A stretch of DNA of 64,000 nt from positions 3,131 through 67,130 of IMG/VR virus record IMGVR_UViG_3300033143_004581; one strand, 5' to 3'. Shown here piece after piece: positions 9,271 through 18,453 of the stretch (its first letter is position 1; each line of letters starts with the position of its first letter). The notes beneath the pieces are model-generated. The model was not told the DNA's origin and searched no databases. It was given only the letters and a program-made list of their open reading frames with translations. The stretch is from a virus. Both the position numbers and the translations under genes were made by a program.

Positions 9271-9713
9271 TGGGGTTTAAAGATTTACCGAAAGTAACTG
9301 AATCAAAAGAAGTTGAAGAAAAATACAATGGACCAACTATATTTCAACTTCTTTATAAGATTTTCACAAAATCAAATAAACATGAATATAAAGGAGAAGT
9401 TATAAAGAAAAACACTACGTTTCTTATGAATTTATGGCTTTCTCATGAAAATGATTTGATACCAATTTTAAATGAAATTACAAGAACAGATCTAAATTTA
9501 ACAAATAATAAAGAAAAAATTATATTCGAATACTTGATGAATAAAGTACCTAAAGGTAAAAATAGGTTTATCAAGTATGCTAAAAAAAATAAAAAAGATT
9601 TACAAAAAGAAAAAAGAATAGTAGAATTAACAGAAAACTATAAAACTATATCCAAAACAGAAGCAACAAATATAGTGAATTCTCTTGAAAGATTAAGTGA
9701 GAAAAAACAATGA
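9270..9713 (+). CDS. gp62: Clamp loader small subunit (gp62-like)
   Basis: Position between gp44 and the clamp; FLMNLWLS...VPKGKNRFIKYAKK pattern. Confidence 0.65.
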   Translation: MGFKDLPKVTESKEVEEKYNGPTIFQLLYKIFTKSNKHEYKGEVIKKNTTFLMNLWLSHENDLIPILNEITRTDLNLTNNKEKIIFEYLMNKVPKGKNRFIKYAKKNKKDLQKEKRIVELTENYKTISKTEATNIVNSLERLSEKKQ

Positions 9714-10444
9714 ATATTAATACAAAAAATTTTATTGATTTTATAAAAAAAGCAACAATGAATTACAGTATTGAAACTGTAAGGATGAATTTTACTAAAG
9801 AAGGAAGAGTGAAAACAAGAATGACAACATCCAGCCATGACGCAATTGTCATTCTCGACATTGAAAATAATATTTTAGACGAAAACGATGAATTAGAGTT
9901 CAATTTCAGTGAACCAAGTAAGAATATTGTACCATTATTGAAATTATTCAATGAACATTCAAAAATCAAAATAAATGATTCAAAGATTTATATAAATGAT
10001 GGTAATCAAAATACAAAAATATTTTTTTGTTCACCAAGAATAGTAAATATTTTTGATAGAGAATTTGCTGATGATTTTGATTATTTTTTTGAAATATATA
10101 TGTCAAATATCATTACAGAAATTTTATCTATTAAAAAAATAGGACAAAGATTTGGTAAAATTTATTTTACTGTAAAAAACGAAGAATTGTTTATTGAATC
10201 AACTGATAAATCAAATAGATATTCAAATGTTTTGAGTTACAAAATTTATAAGGTTAATGGTACAGATGATCTTGAAATGGCAATAAATTATAAAAATTTT
10301 ATTAACTTGATGTCAATTATTGGCGAAAACATAGAAGATTTTATTTTAAAACTTTCTTATGATAAAGAAAGTGAAAGAGGATTAGTAACAGTAACATCAA
10401 AAGATTATTGTGAAAAATATTTTATTCAAACATGTGAATTGTAA
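9710..10444 (+). CDS. gp45: Sliding clamp (gp45/PCNA-like)
   Basis: 244 aa, alternating beta/alpha pattern, adjacent to the clamp loader genes. Confidence 0.65.
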   Translation: MNINTKNFIDFIKKATMNYSIETVRMNFTKEGRVKTRMTTSSHDAIVILDIENNILDENDELEFNFSEPSKNIVPLLKLFNEHSKIKINDSKIYINDGNQNTKIFFCSPRIVNIFDREFADDFDYFFEIYMSNIITEILSIKKIGQRFGKIYFTVKNEELFIESTDKSNRYSNVLSYKIYKVNGTDDLEMAINYKNFINLMSIIGENIEDFILKLSYDKESERGLVTVTSKDYCEKYFIQTCEL

Positions 10445-10446
10445 TG

Positions 10447-10475
10447 TTTACATTTATATCAATATATTGTATTCT
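10447..10475 (+). promoter_or_regulatory. Early-type promoter of the Ubl operon
   Basis: (G)TTTACA-17 nt-TATTCT upstream of AAGGAGG and ATG 10505. Confidence 0.55.
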
Positions 10476-10504
10476 GTACAAAAATAACAAAGGAGGATAA
10501 TAAC

Positions 10505-10777
10505 ATGGAAGAATATGATGAGGTTTGGTCAACAAGAGACGAAAGTAACGAATCGGAAACCGAATTTACTGGTACTGGTATTGTTGTTAATGGTTCATTT
10601 TTCTCAGTTGAAAGCGGAAGTAATTTCAAGGAAGAGATTTCAAAAGTCACTGAAAATGTAGGTCTTGGGAAGTTCAAGGTCTATCTGAATGGTGAAAAAA
10701 TCAAACCTTCCGAAGCACCTTCAACATTTGAAGAAGGAATGAAGGTTGAAATTGTTCCTTATGATATTGCTGGTTAA
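10505..10777 (+). CDS. Ubiquitin-like beta-grasp protein (ThiS/MoaD/SAMP-like) ending in Gly
   Basis: KVYLNGE...FEEGMKVEIVPYDIAG* matches the beta-grasp C-terminal pattern; strong RBS; E1 and JAB genes downstream. Confidence 0.78.
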   Translation: MEEYDEVWSTRDESNESETEFTGTGIVVNGSFFSVESGSNFKEEISKVTENVGLGKFKVYLNGEKIKPSEAPSTFEEGMKVEIVPYDIAG

Positions 10778-10796
10778 AAAATATCATAATCTGTAA

Positions 10797-10824
10797 AACA
10801 CCCACTGTTTTTACAGTGGGTGTT
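10797..10824 (+). terminator. 12-bp hairpin between the Ubl and E2-like genes
   Basis: AACACCCACTGT-TTTT-ACAGTGGGTGTT followed by a T-rich tract. Confidence 0.6.
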
Positions 10825-10853
10825 AATTTGTATTTTTATTTAAAGGAATAAAA

Positions 10854-11708
10854 ATGAAAGAGTTACAAGAATTACAAGAAACAAGGGAAAAAATTATAGA
10901 TTATATCAATAAAATTGATATTTCAGATGTTAAATCAAATGAAATTTCAATTCGTATTGGTAATGAAGTAATTGTTTTTTCTCAATCCAATAAATATAAT
11001 CTTTCTTCAATAGAAGAAGAAATTCGTGAAGAATTAAAAGATAAGGTAAATGAAAAATTAAAGGCTATTGGTGAAAAATTAAAAGAGCGCATTGAATACG
11101 CCTCTAATATGATTGATACTTATAAAAGCACTTATGAAATAGAAAAGAAAAAATTAGAGGAAAAAATTAAAAATGCTTTTATCATGCCTGAAATCACATT
11201 AGAGCATGCTAAAAAGGGTCTTTCTGTTGTCAGAGGAAATAGAAATGATGAATTTATATGGATTATGAATGGTGTCTATAATCCAAAATTTGTTGACAAA
11301 AGAATGATCGAAAAGAAGTATAGATCAATGATGTTAACACAAATTGTGTTTCTTGTAACAACAAAAAACGATAAAGTTACTGGTTTGGATATTGTAAAAC
11401 CAATTGGATTAGGAAGATTTGATCATTATCATACCGGTTGTTGGGGTGATTTTAAATATTCAAGAAAATGGTCAACACCTGATGATATAATTCAATTAGT
11501 AAAAGAAGCAGAAATTGTTCTCGAAACAATCAATTCAATGTCGCTTGCTGATAGATCGCCTGAAAATTTGCCTCGTTTTTCTACTTTAAAAAACCATCTA
11601 CTAAACGAAGGTGAAAGTGACGGTGAATCAATATCAAACAAACATCTTCTAAGAGCAGGTGTGACGGAATCATCAAGAAACGATTCAGATGAGGTATGGG
11701 GATCATAA
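10854..11708 (+). CDS. Putative E2-like conjugating enzyme with N-terminal coiled coil
   Basis: Sole Cys (C196) lies in FDHYHTGCWG, like the HPH...CxG site of prokaryotic E2s, followed by a helix ending LETINSMS; position between Ubl and E1. Confidence 0.6.
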   Translation: MKELQELQETREKIIDYINKIDISDVKSNEISIRIGNEVIVFSQSNKYNLSSIEEEIREELKDKVNEKLKAIGEKLKERIEYASNMIDTYKSTYEIEKKKLEEKIKNAFIMPEITLEHAKKGLSVVRGNRNDEFIWIMNGVYNPKFVDKRMIEKKYRSMMLTQIVFLVTTKNDKVTGLDIVKPIGLGRFDHYHTGCWGDFKYSRKWSTPDDIIQLVKEAEIVLETINSMSLADRSPENLPRFSTLKNHLLNEGESDGESISNKHLLRAGVTESSRNDSDEVWGS

Positions 11709-12314
11709 ATGAACGAAATTTTATCAAGACAAAACTATATTGATTTGGATAAAGACCAATCTATCATAATTGTTGGTTGTGGTGGAATTGGTTTTTGGGT
11801 TGCAAAAATGGCAGCAATGTCTGGTATAAATAAAATTCGCCTCTTTGATTCTGATGTTCTCGATATAACAAATTTGAACAGAATAGATCTGCCATTGAAA
11901 TTTCTTAATAAAAATAAAGCCGATATAACAAAACTTGTTATAAAACAAATTAGACCAGATTGTGATGTTATATCTTTCCCGTTTAATTTCAATGAAACAT
12001 TTGCTAGTATGTTAGACGGAACATATGATTGGTTAATTGATTGCACAGATAAGATATCATCACAAGAGAAAAATGAAAAAATAGCTATTAGTGAAGAATG
12101 GAAATATATGAAAGCCGGTTATGATGGTGAAAACTTCTCAATTTCAAATGAAGTTGCTGATTGGGGTGAATTTCAGGATGGTTATTCTATAACACCATCT
12201 TGGGTTGTTCCAGCAGTTATTGTATCTTCTTTAACAATAGCTAAAATAATGAAGTATAAAAACGCTGAAGTTTGTTCTGATGTTAAAAATGTTTTTAACT
12301 CAAAAAGAGGATAG
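11709..12314 (+). CDS. E1-like ThiF/MoeB adenylyltransferase
   Basis: IIIVGCGGIG, FDSDVLDITNLNR, KNKAD and LIDCTD motifs. Confidence 0.92.
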   Translation: MNEILSRQNYIDLDKDQSIIIVGCGGIGFWVAKMAAMSGINKIRLFDSDVLDITNLNRIDLPLKFLNKNKADITKLVIKQIRPDCDVISFPFNFNETFASMLDGTYDWLIDCTDKISSQEKNEKIAISEEWKYMKAGYDGENFSISNEVADWGEFQDGYSITPSWVVPAVIVSSLTIAKIMKYKNAEVCSDVKNVFNSKRG

Positions 12315-12316
12315 AA

Positions 12317-13105
12317 ATGGAAAGAAATAAAATGGCCAAAAATAGGAAATATAACATGAAAATCGAAGATGATTTTTGGGAAAATGATATCAAAGAAGTT
12401 AAAGAATGTAGTAAAGCACCAGAAGAATTAAAAATTATAATGAATATTCTGCCTGCTCAAAAAATAAAACTTTTGAATGAAAAATTCAAAAACATTGAAT
12501 GGTTGGCTTATTTGGTCGGTGATGGATTAGAAGTTAAAGATTTATATATTCCTTATCAAGAAGTTTCGTCTGTTACGGTTGATAATATCAAATCACCAGA
12601 ATATAATAGAATGAATATCATAGGTGTTATACATTCTCACCATAATATGAATAATTCATTTTCTGGTACAGATGATGAATATATCAATAAAAACCATGAT
12701 ATATCAATTTGTGTAAGTTCAAATATGAACATGAATGCTCAAGTAAGATGGAAAACACCTTGTGGTTCTATAAAAATAATTAAAGGTGTTGTTGATATTA
12801 TTTATGATAAAGATATCTCATGGGTTGAAGAATTTCTTGAAGAAGTTGATAAAAGAATAAAGAAAAAGTTCATCAATTTATCAGGCATATATCATGACTG
12901 GCAGTCATATAAAAATCACCTCCATAATAATCAAAAATTAATCGACGATTATGATTACGATTACGATTACGATTATGATTTTAATGATGATGATTATAAT
13001 TTTAATGATGATGGTATAGAAGAAATTGATGATGTAATAAATAACATGACAATTGATAAAGAAATGGAATTATATAAAGATATGATGTTGGATGATGATG
13101 AATAA
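12317..13105 (+). CDS. JAB/MPN+ (JAMM) metallopeptidase with an acidic DY-repeat tail
   Basis: IEWLAYL (catalytic Glu) and GVIHSHHNMNNSFSGTDD (HxH-x7-S-x2-D). Confidence 0.88.
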   Translation: MERNKMAKNRKYNMKIEDDFWENDIKEVKECSKAPEELKIIMNILPAQKIKLLNEKFKNIEWLAYLVGDGLEVKDLYIPYQEVSSVTVDNIKSPEYNRMNIIGVIHSHHNMNNSFSGTDDEYINKNHDISICVSSNMNMNAQVRWKTPCGSIKIIKGVVDIIYDKDISWVEEFLEEVDKRIKKKFINLSGIYHDWQSYKNHLHNNQKLIDDYDYDYDYDYDFNDDDYNFNDDGIEEIDDVINNMTIDKEMELYKDMMLDDDE

Positions 13106-13130
13106 AAAAGGGGGTTAACCCCCTTTTTTT
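13104..13130. terminator. Bidirectional intrinsic terminator
   Basis: AAAAAAGGGGG-TTAA-CCCCCTTTTTTT between convergent genes. Confidence 0.85.
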
Positions 13131-13800
13131 ATTGCATTGTTTCTATATATTTCAATAATCTTTTCATAAATTTCTTAAAAACCAAATTATTTTTACCAAA
13201 TGTTTCAACATATCTTCTATATGTTTTAGACCCCTCAAGTTTACTTGTCCTTAATACTTCTATTGAAGCCTGATATGCAAAAGCATCCAATTCTTCTGGT
13301 ATTGCTAAATAAGTTTCATCATATTCATAATCACCTGGTCCATATTTTTGTGTAAATTTATCACCAGATTTTGATGCTTGTTTTATATGAACAACTTCAT
13401 GTGATAACAAATCTAATAAATCTTGTAAAAATTGATTTTGTTTTATATTATAAAATTTTGATACATTTTTAGCAAACCTTTTAAAATAACTAGAAAAACC
13501 TTTTACAACACCAATTTCAACAAAATATTTTGTATCATTTTTTTCTGTATCTGTTATTATCCATGCTTTAGCATAACTGATATACTTCTTTATTTTCTTA
13601 CTTTTACCATGTTTTGATAATAAAAATATTATATTATATCTACTAAATGTTCCATTTAATATCTTTATCATCATATCATCATTAACATTCCAACCATGTT
13701 TTATCATAACTCTACCAACATTTCCTATAGAATTATTTATTATTTTAATAACTCTATCTATTATTCTATCTCTATGAATAAATCTTTCTAATCTAGACAT
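13129..13800 (-). CDS. HExxH zincin-like putative metallopeptidase
   Basis: LLSHEVVHIKQ plus downstream YLAIPEELDAFA; start placed at 13800 after GGAG. Confidence 0.6.
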   Translation of the reverse strand: MSRLERFIHRDRIIDRVIKIINNSIGNVGRVMIKHGWNVNDDMMIKILNGTFSRYNIIFLLSKHGKSKKIKKYISYAKAWIITDTEKNDTKYFVEIGVVKGFSSYFKRFAKNVSKFYNIKQNQFLQDLLDLLSHEVVHIKQASKSGDKFTQKYGPGDYEYDETYLAIPEELDAFAYQASIEVLRTSKLEGSKTYRRYVETFGKNNLVFKKFMKRLLKYIETMQ

Positions 13801-13831
13801 ATAATCTCCAATTCTATAAAAAATATTATAA

Positions 13832-13851
13832 TATTTATATAAATATTTATA
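13832..13851. promoter_or_regulatory. Overlapping divergent T4-type late promoter boxes
   Basis: TATAAATA on - (13832-39, 13844-51) and on + (13838-45), between the peptidase and lysin genes. Confidence 0.55.
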
Positions 13852-13940
13852 TAAAATGCTTATATTTTCCCCGCGCGAACCCATGCATATTATAACAGAA
13901 TTTCAGGAAATGTAAACAATTTTTTTAAGTAGGAGGGAAA

Positions 13941-14519
13941 ATGTTTTTCAGAGAAGCTTATAATAAAACAATGGCACATGAAGGATATTATAGTAATGAT
14001 TCTATAGATAGAGGTGGTGAAACATATAGAGGAATATCAAGAAATAAACATCCCTATTGGCCAGGATGGTTTCTAATAGATAGAATGAAAAATGATCCAA
14101 ATTTTCCAGAATGTTTAAAATCAAACAAAGAATTAAACGATTTGGTTCCGTCTTTTTATAAGAAAAATTTTTGGGATGTTTTTAAAGGTGATAAAATAAC
14201 TTCAAAAATCATTGCAATGGAACTTTTTGATACAAGTGTTAATATGGGACATAGAAAAGCTGTAAAATTTTTACAAAAAAGTTTAAACGCTCTAAATAGA
14301 AATGAAAGAAATTATCCCAATATAGAAGAAGATGGTATTATGGGACCACAAACATTAAAAACTTTGAAACGATACTTAGATATAGATAGTGATTATTATC
14401 TATTTCTATTGATGAATATATTACAAGGAAGTTTTTATATTGATATAATGAAAAATGATGAAACACAAGAGAAATATGCAAGGGGGTGGTTATCAAGGGT
14501 TATGCTTATGAAAAATTAA
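13941..14519 (+). CDS. Endolysin, glycoside hydrolase family 108 with peptidoglycan-binding C-terminus
   Basis: HEGYYSNDSIDRGGETYRGIS, FDTSVNMG, DGIMGPQT, GWLSRV. Confidence 0.9.
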   Translation: MFFREAYNKTMAHEGYYSNDSIDRGGETYRGISRNKHPYWPGWFLIDRMKNDPNFPECLKSNKELNDLVPSFYKKNFWDVFKGDKITSKIIAMELFDTSVNMGHRKAVKFLQKSLNALNRNERNYPNIEEDGIMGPQTLKTLKRYLDIDSDYYLFLLMNILQGSFYIDIMKNDETQEKYARGWLSRVMLMKN

Positions 14520-14587
14520 TTTACAATTAAAATATTATATGATATTTTAAAATAAAACTAATAAAAGGAGATTTATTCAAAACTTTT

Positions 14588-15886
14588 ATGAAAAAAATTA
14601 TTACGGATACTAATGTTTTAATAGATGATCATAGAATACTAAACAAATTATCAGAAAAATATGATAAAATACAAATACCATTAACAGTAATAAAAGAATT
14701 AGATAAACATAAGTTCAACCCTGATTTATCATATAGTGCAAGAAAAGCAATACATGCTATATTAGATTTTAAGGAAAAACATGAAAATAAAATAGAATTC
14801 ATTTTAAATGATTTTGAAATAAATGATAATGATTTAAAAATCATACAATCAGCTAAAAAAGAAAATTCAGAAATAGCTACAAAAGATGTTTCTATGTCAT
14901 TGATAGCTGATTCTATGGGAATAAAAACAATATTATATGATATTATAGTAAATAATTTATTTAAACCATATATAAAATTAAATATAAATGATACATCAAA
15001 TTTTTTAAATTTTGAGAAATCTTATACAAAAGAAAAATATGATGATATATTTGAAAGAATAAACACTATATCTACTGAAAATAAGTTAAGAAAAAATGGA
15101 TGGATGTTCATTTTTCTTTATGACAATGATACAATACCAGAAATTATATATGCCCATAACCCAATCAGAAAAGAATTTACTAGAATTGATAATAATCCTC
15201 TCTATAGAGAAATTGAAGTAGAAAATGGAATAAAAATAAAAGCTCTTGATGAATATCAATTATGTGCTTTTTATGCTTTTAAAGAAGCACCTAATGTTCT
15301 TTTAACAGGAAAATGGGGTACTGGAAAAACATTACTAAGCACATCATATTCTATAGGAAAATCAAAAAGAAAAGTTTTTATATCAAGACCACCAATAGGA
15401 ATAAATAAAAAATATGACATTGGTTTTTTACCAGGTAATATGGAAGAAAAGATGCTTTCATGGTTTGCTGGGGTACTTTCATCACTTTATTATTTATATT
15501 CAAACACAAGAAATCAAAAAATAAAAGATATTGAATATGATTATGTAAAGGATAAAGTTTTCTTTTCAAAATTCGAAACAGTACCATTAAATGCAATACA
15601 AGGTATGTCATTATTAAATGGTGATATTCTATTGATAGATGAAATACAACTTATTGATATTGATTATTTAAGCATGATTCTTTCAAGAAGCGGTAATAAT
15701 AGTAAAATAATTCTTTTAGGTGATGTAAAACAAACATATGGGGTAGTAAAACCATCAGAATCTGGATTATTAAAATTACTCAGATTACTACCACATAAAA
15801 ATTTAGCTTATATTGACTTACAGATACCATATAGATCTGGATTATTAGAACTAGCAGATAATTTACAGGATAGTATTATATCATGA
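14588..15886 (+). CDS. phoH: PIN-domain PhoH-family ATPase
   Basis: ITDTNVLID PIN start; GKWGTGKT, IGFLPG, IDEIQ, LLGDVKQ; TTTACA-17-TATTTT promoter at 14520-14548. Confidence 0.88.
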   Translation: MKKIITDTNVLIDDHRILNKLSEKYDKIQIPLTVIKELDKHKFNPDLSYSARKAIHAILDFKEKHENKIEFILNDFEINDNDLKIIQSAKKENSEIATKDVSMSLIADSMGIKTILYDIIVNNLFKPYIKLNINDTSNFLNFEKSYTKEKYDDIFERINTISTENKLRKNGWMFIFLYDNDTIPEIIYAHNPIRKEFTRIDNNPLYREIEVENGIKIKALDEYQLCAFYAFKEAPNVLLTGKWGTGKTLLSTSYSIGKSKRKVFISRPPIGINKKYDIGFLPGNMEEKMLSWFAGVLSSLYYLYSNTRNQKIKDIEYDYVKDKVFFSKFETVPLNAIQGMSLLNGDILLIDEIQLIDIDYLSMILSRSGNNSKIILLGDVKQTYGVVKPSESGLLKLLRLLPHKNLAYIDLQIPYRSGLLELADNLQDSIIS

Positions 15887-16071
15887 AAATGAAAAATTAT
15901 ATTACAAACGAAGCGGCTTATATTGGTAATATTGGATTTGAAGAGCTTGTAAAATTTTATAAAATAGCCGATAAATCTGATATCAAAAAAATGGAAGAAA
16001 TTATTAAAAATAATGAATGGATTGCTTTTAAACGTCTCATAAGAAAAGTGACGAGGGTTAATTTGAAATGA
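15883..16071 (+). CDS. Small hypothetical protein, putative capsid-internal protein
   Basis: N-terminus MKMKNYITNE; translationally coupled to neighbours. Confidence 0.6.
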   Translation: MKMKNYITNEAAYIGNIGFEELVKFYKIADKSDIKKMEEIIKNNEWIAFKRLIRKVTRVNLK

Positions 16072-16409
16072 AATTAAAACAATATCTTATAGAAAAAAAA
16101 GTATATCTTGATGATGAAAGAAAACCACCAACTGGATGGGTTCTTGTAAAAACACCAAAAGAAGCAATAGATTTACTTAAAAAGAATAACGTGACAGATA
16201 TAAGCTTGGATCATGATTTAGGTAATGATGAAGTAATAGGTACTGGATATGATGTATTAAAATGGATAGAAGAAAAAGTATATTTTGATAAATCTTTCAG
16301 ATTACCTAATATAACTATTCATACAGCCAATCCATCTGCTAGGAAAAAAATGGAAGCCGCTTTAAAATCTATATTAAAAATATACAATAAAAGAAATTTA
16401 ATAAATTAG
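16068..16409 (+). CDS. Cyclic-phosphate-processing receiver-like domain protein
   Basis: VYLDDERKPPTGW, ISLDHDLG, TGYDVLKWIEE, IHTANP. Confidence 0.8.
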   Translation: MKLKQYLIEKKVYLDDERKPPTGWVLVKTPKEAIDLLKKNNVTDISLDHDLGNDEVIGTGYDVLKWIEEKVYFDKSFRLPNITIHTANPSARKKMEAALKSILKIYNKRNLIN

Positions 16410-16423
16410 GAGGATATTTGATA

Positions 16424-16663
16424 ATGAATAACATAGATAAAAAAATCAATAAGTATATTATGAATGAAAAGTTTGAGGCAGATAGAGTAAATCAAGATAA
16501 AAAATTAATGAAAAAAATACTTGATATAACATCTTATATTGAATGGGATATAGCAGCAGCTTTAGATGTTTGTTTTGAAATTCTTACAGATGTAAATGCT
16601 CATTCAGAAGCTAAAATGATAGAAAGAGAATTTGAAAAAATTAGAAAGAGATCTGGAAGATGA
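16424..16663 (+). CDS. Hypothetical protein
   Basis: AGGAGG RBS; N-terminus MNNIDKKINKYIMNE. Confidence 0.6.
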   Translation: MNNIDKKINKYIMNEKFEADRVNQDKKLMKKILDITSYIEWDIAAALDVCFEILTDVNAHSEAKMIEREFEKIRKRSGR

Positions 16664-17220
16664 GATTTAATGAATATTTAATAACAGACGAATATATTAA
16701 TAATTTTATTAATATTTACTGTTTATCAAACAATGAATTAAATGAAATGTCAACAGAGACATTTAATGTGATTAAAAAAGTTGGTGATAAACTTGGTGTT
16801 AGAGTAAAAAAATCTGAAAGTATTTTCACATATCTTAAAAGAGCTGGTAAGAATCTTAATGATTTATTTCGATTATCTTGTTTATATTTATTAACAGATA
16901 TAACCGATAACAAATCAAGAGATTTAATAATCAAAGATGCTAAAGAAATAATAAATAAGATTGATAGAAAAGAACTTGTTGCTTTTTTATTACAGATAGA
17001 CAAAGCTTCTTTTGGATTAACAGCTCATATAAGACATGTTTTTCAATCTGTTTTTGGTTTAGAAATAGCTACTTATAACAAGTGGTTAGAAGATAGAGAA
17101 TATATAGAAAAGGAATTAAGACATATAAAAAATATCATGAAAAAAATGGGTCTTGATAATACTAAAGAAATGGATCTATTGTTAAAATTTCAAAAGGGAA
17201 TAGAAGATTTAATTAAATAA
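16660..17220 (+). CDS. Hypothetical protein
   Basis: N-terminus MRFNEYLITDE; ATGA overlap. Confidence 0.65.
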   Translation: MRFNEYLITDEYINNFINIYCLSNNELNEMSTETFNVIKKVGDKLGVRVKKSESIFTYLKRAGKNLNDLFRLSCLYLLTDITDNKSRDLIIKDAKEIINKIDRKELVAFLLQIDKASFGLTAHIRHVFQSVFGLEIATYNKWLEDREYIEKELRHIKNIMKKMGLDNTKEMDLLLKFQKGIEDLIK

Positions 17221-17229
17221 GGATAAAAT

Positions 17230-17460
17230 ATGAATAACATAGATAAAAAAATTAATAAATATCTTATAAACGAAAATAAAAAATGGTTAAATGTTTATAA
17301 TAAATGTAAAAAAGAAATAAAAAGAATAGACAAACAACTTGATGAATATATAAAAAGTAATAATAAACCAACTTATTATACAAATGATATAGAAACAGAA
17401 ATAAAAGAAAATTTGGAATTAACTTTAATACTTTTAAAAAAGATATATTTAACGGAATAA
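17230..17460 (+). CDS. Hypothetical protein
   Basis: N-terminus MNNIDKKINKYLINE, nearly identical to the 16424 leader. Confidence 0.6.
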   Translation: MNNIDKKINKYLINENKKWLNVYNKCKKEIKRIDKQLDEYIKSNNKPTYYTNDIETEIKENLELTLILLKKIYLTE

Positions 17461-17464
17461 TATT

Positions 17465-18169
17465 ATGAAATTCGAAAATTATTTAATAACAGAAGGAATT
17501 AATGATAAGGGAATTTTTAAAGCTGTTTTTATGGTTGGGTTCCCTGGTGCTGGAAAATCATTTGTAATAACTAAAATAAAATCTGGTGAAGTAGAACCAA
17601 GAATTGTAAATACTGATAAATTTTTTACATTATTTAAAGATAAATGGAACGCGTGGGAAAAAATTGGTGGAAAAGTAAAAACAATAAACAAAAAACAACT
17701 GGCTCTTTATATAAATTCAATGTTACCAATGTTTATAGATGGAACAGGATCTAGCACAAGTTTGATTCTTAGGCGTAGAGGTATATTAGAAAGCTATGGA
17801 TATGATGTAGCGATGGTTTTTATTAACACATCTATAGAAACATCTTTGGAAAGAGCTTCAAAAAGAGAAAGACAGGTCGATCCAGAATTTATAAAAAGTG
17901 CTTATGAACAAATAAATAAAGCAAAACCGTTTTATAGATCAAAGTTTTCTAATTGGATGGAAATTGATAATGATGTTGGAGAATTGACAGATTCAGTAAT
18001 TTTACATGCTTTTAAGGTAACGAAATCATTTTTTAATAGTGAAATAATAAATCCAATAGGCAGAGAATATAAAGAAAAAATGATAAAAAATGGTTGGAAA
18101 TATCTTAGTCCAAACATAATAGAATTATCTGATATAGAAAGATCATTACAAAGTTGGTATGTAAGATAA
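17465..18169 (+). CDS. P-loop kinase (AAA_33/zeta-toxin-like fold)
   Basis: KAVFMVGFPGAGKS, VNTD, FIDGTG, SLERASKRER lid. Confidence 0.8.
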   Translation: MKFENYLITEGINDKGIFKAVFMVGFPGAGKSFVITKIKSGEVEPRIVNTDKFFTLFKDKWNAWEKIGGKVKTINKKQLALYINSMLPMFIDGTGSSTSLILRRRGILESYGYDVAMVFINTSIETSLERASKRERQVDPEFIKSAYEQINKAKPFYRSKFSNWMEIDNDVGELTDSVILHAFKVTKSFFNSEIINPIGREYKEKMIKNGWKYLSPNIIELSDIERSLQSWYVR

Positions 18170-18189
18170 AATTTTAATGAGGTTAAAAA

Positions 18190-18444
18190 ATGAAATTTCA
18201 ACAATATTTAAATGAAAAAACTTTTGCCATAATAACAAATATAGGTTTTATAGCTGATTTTTTTGATGATAAAAGACCTGTAGAAGTTACTGATGTGTTA
18301 AATTACGTAAGAAGATTTGATAAAGAAAAAGATGCTAAAAAATGGGCAAAGGATAATATAAATTTAAAAACAAATAATAAAATAAAAACATATAGAATTG
18401 TTGATTTAGATAAATATATTGATGATAATATACATTTAATATAG
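18190..18444 (+). CDS. Hypothetical protein
   Basis: N-terminus MKFQQYLNE; GAGG RBS. Confidence 0.6.
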   Translation: MKFQQYLNEKTFAIITNIGFIADFFDDKRPVEVTDVLNYVRRFDKEKDAKKWAKDNINLKTNNKIKTYRIVDLDKYIDDNIHLI

Positions 18445-18453
18445 GAGAGTAAA

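Noticed and set aside
10505-12314. Thiamine or molybdopterin sulfur-carrier pathway (ThiS/ThiF)
   Set aside because: No ThiG, MoaE or cysteine desulfurase nearby; the JAB and Cys-bearing E2-like partners fit conjugation better, though sulfur transfer is not formally excluded
12947-13012. GATTAC/GATTAT microsatellite as a separate element
   Set aside because: In-frame DY/DDDY low-complexity tail of the JAB protein; no evidence of an independent function
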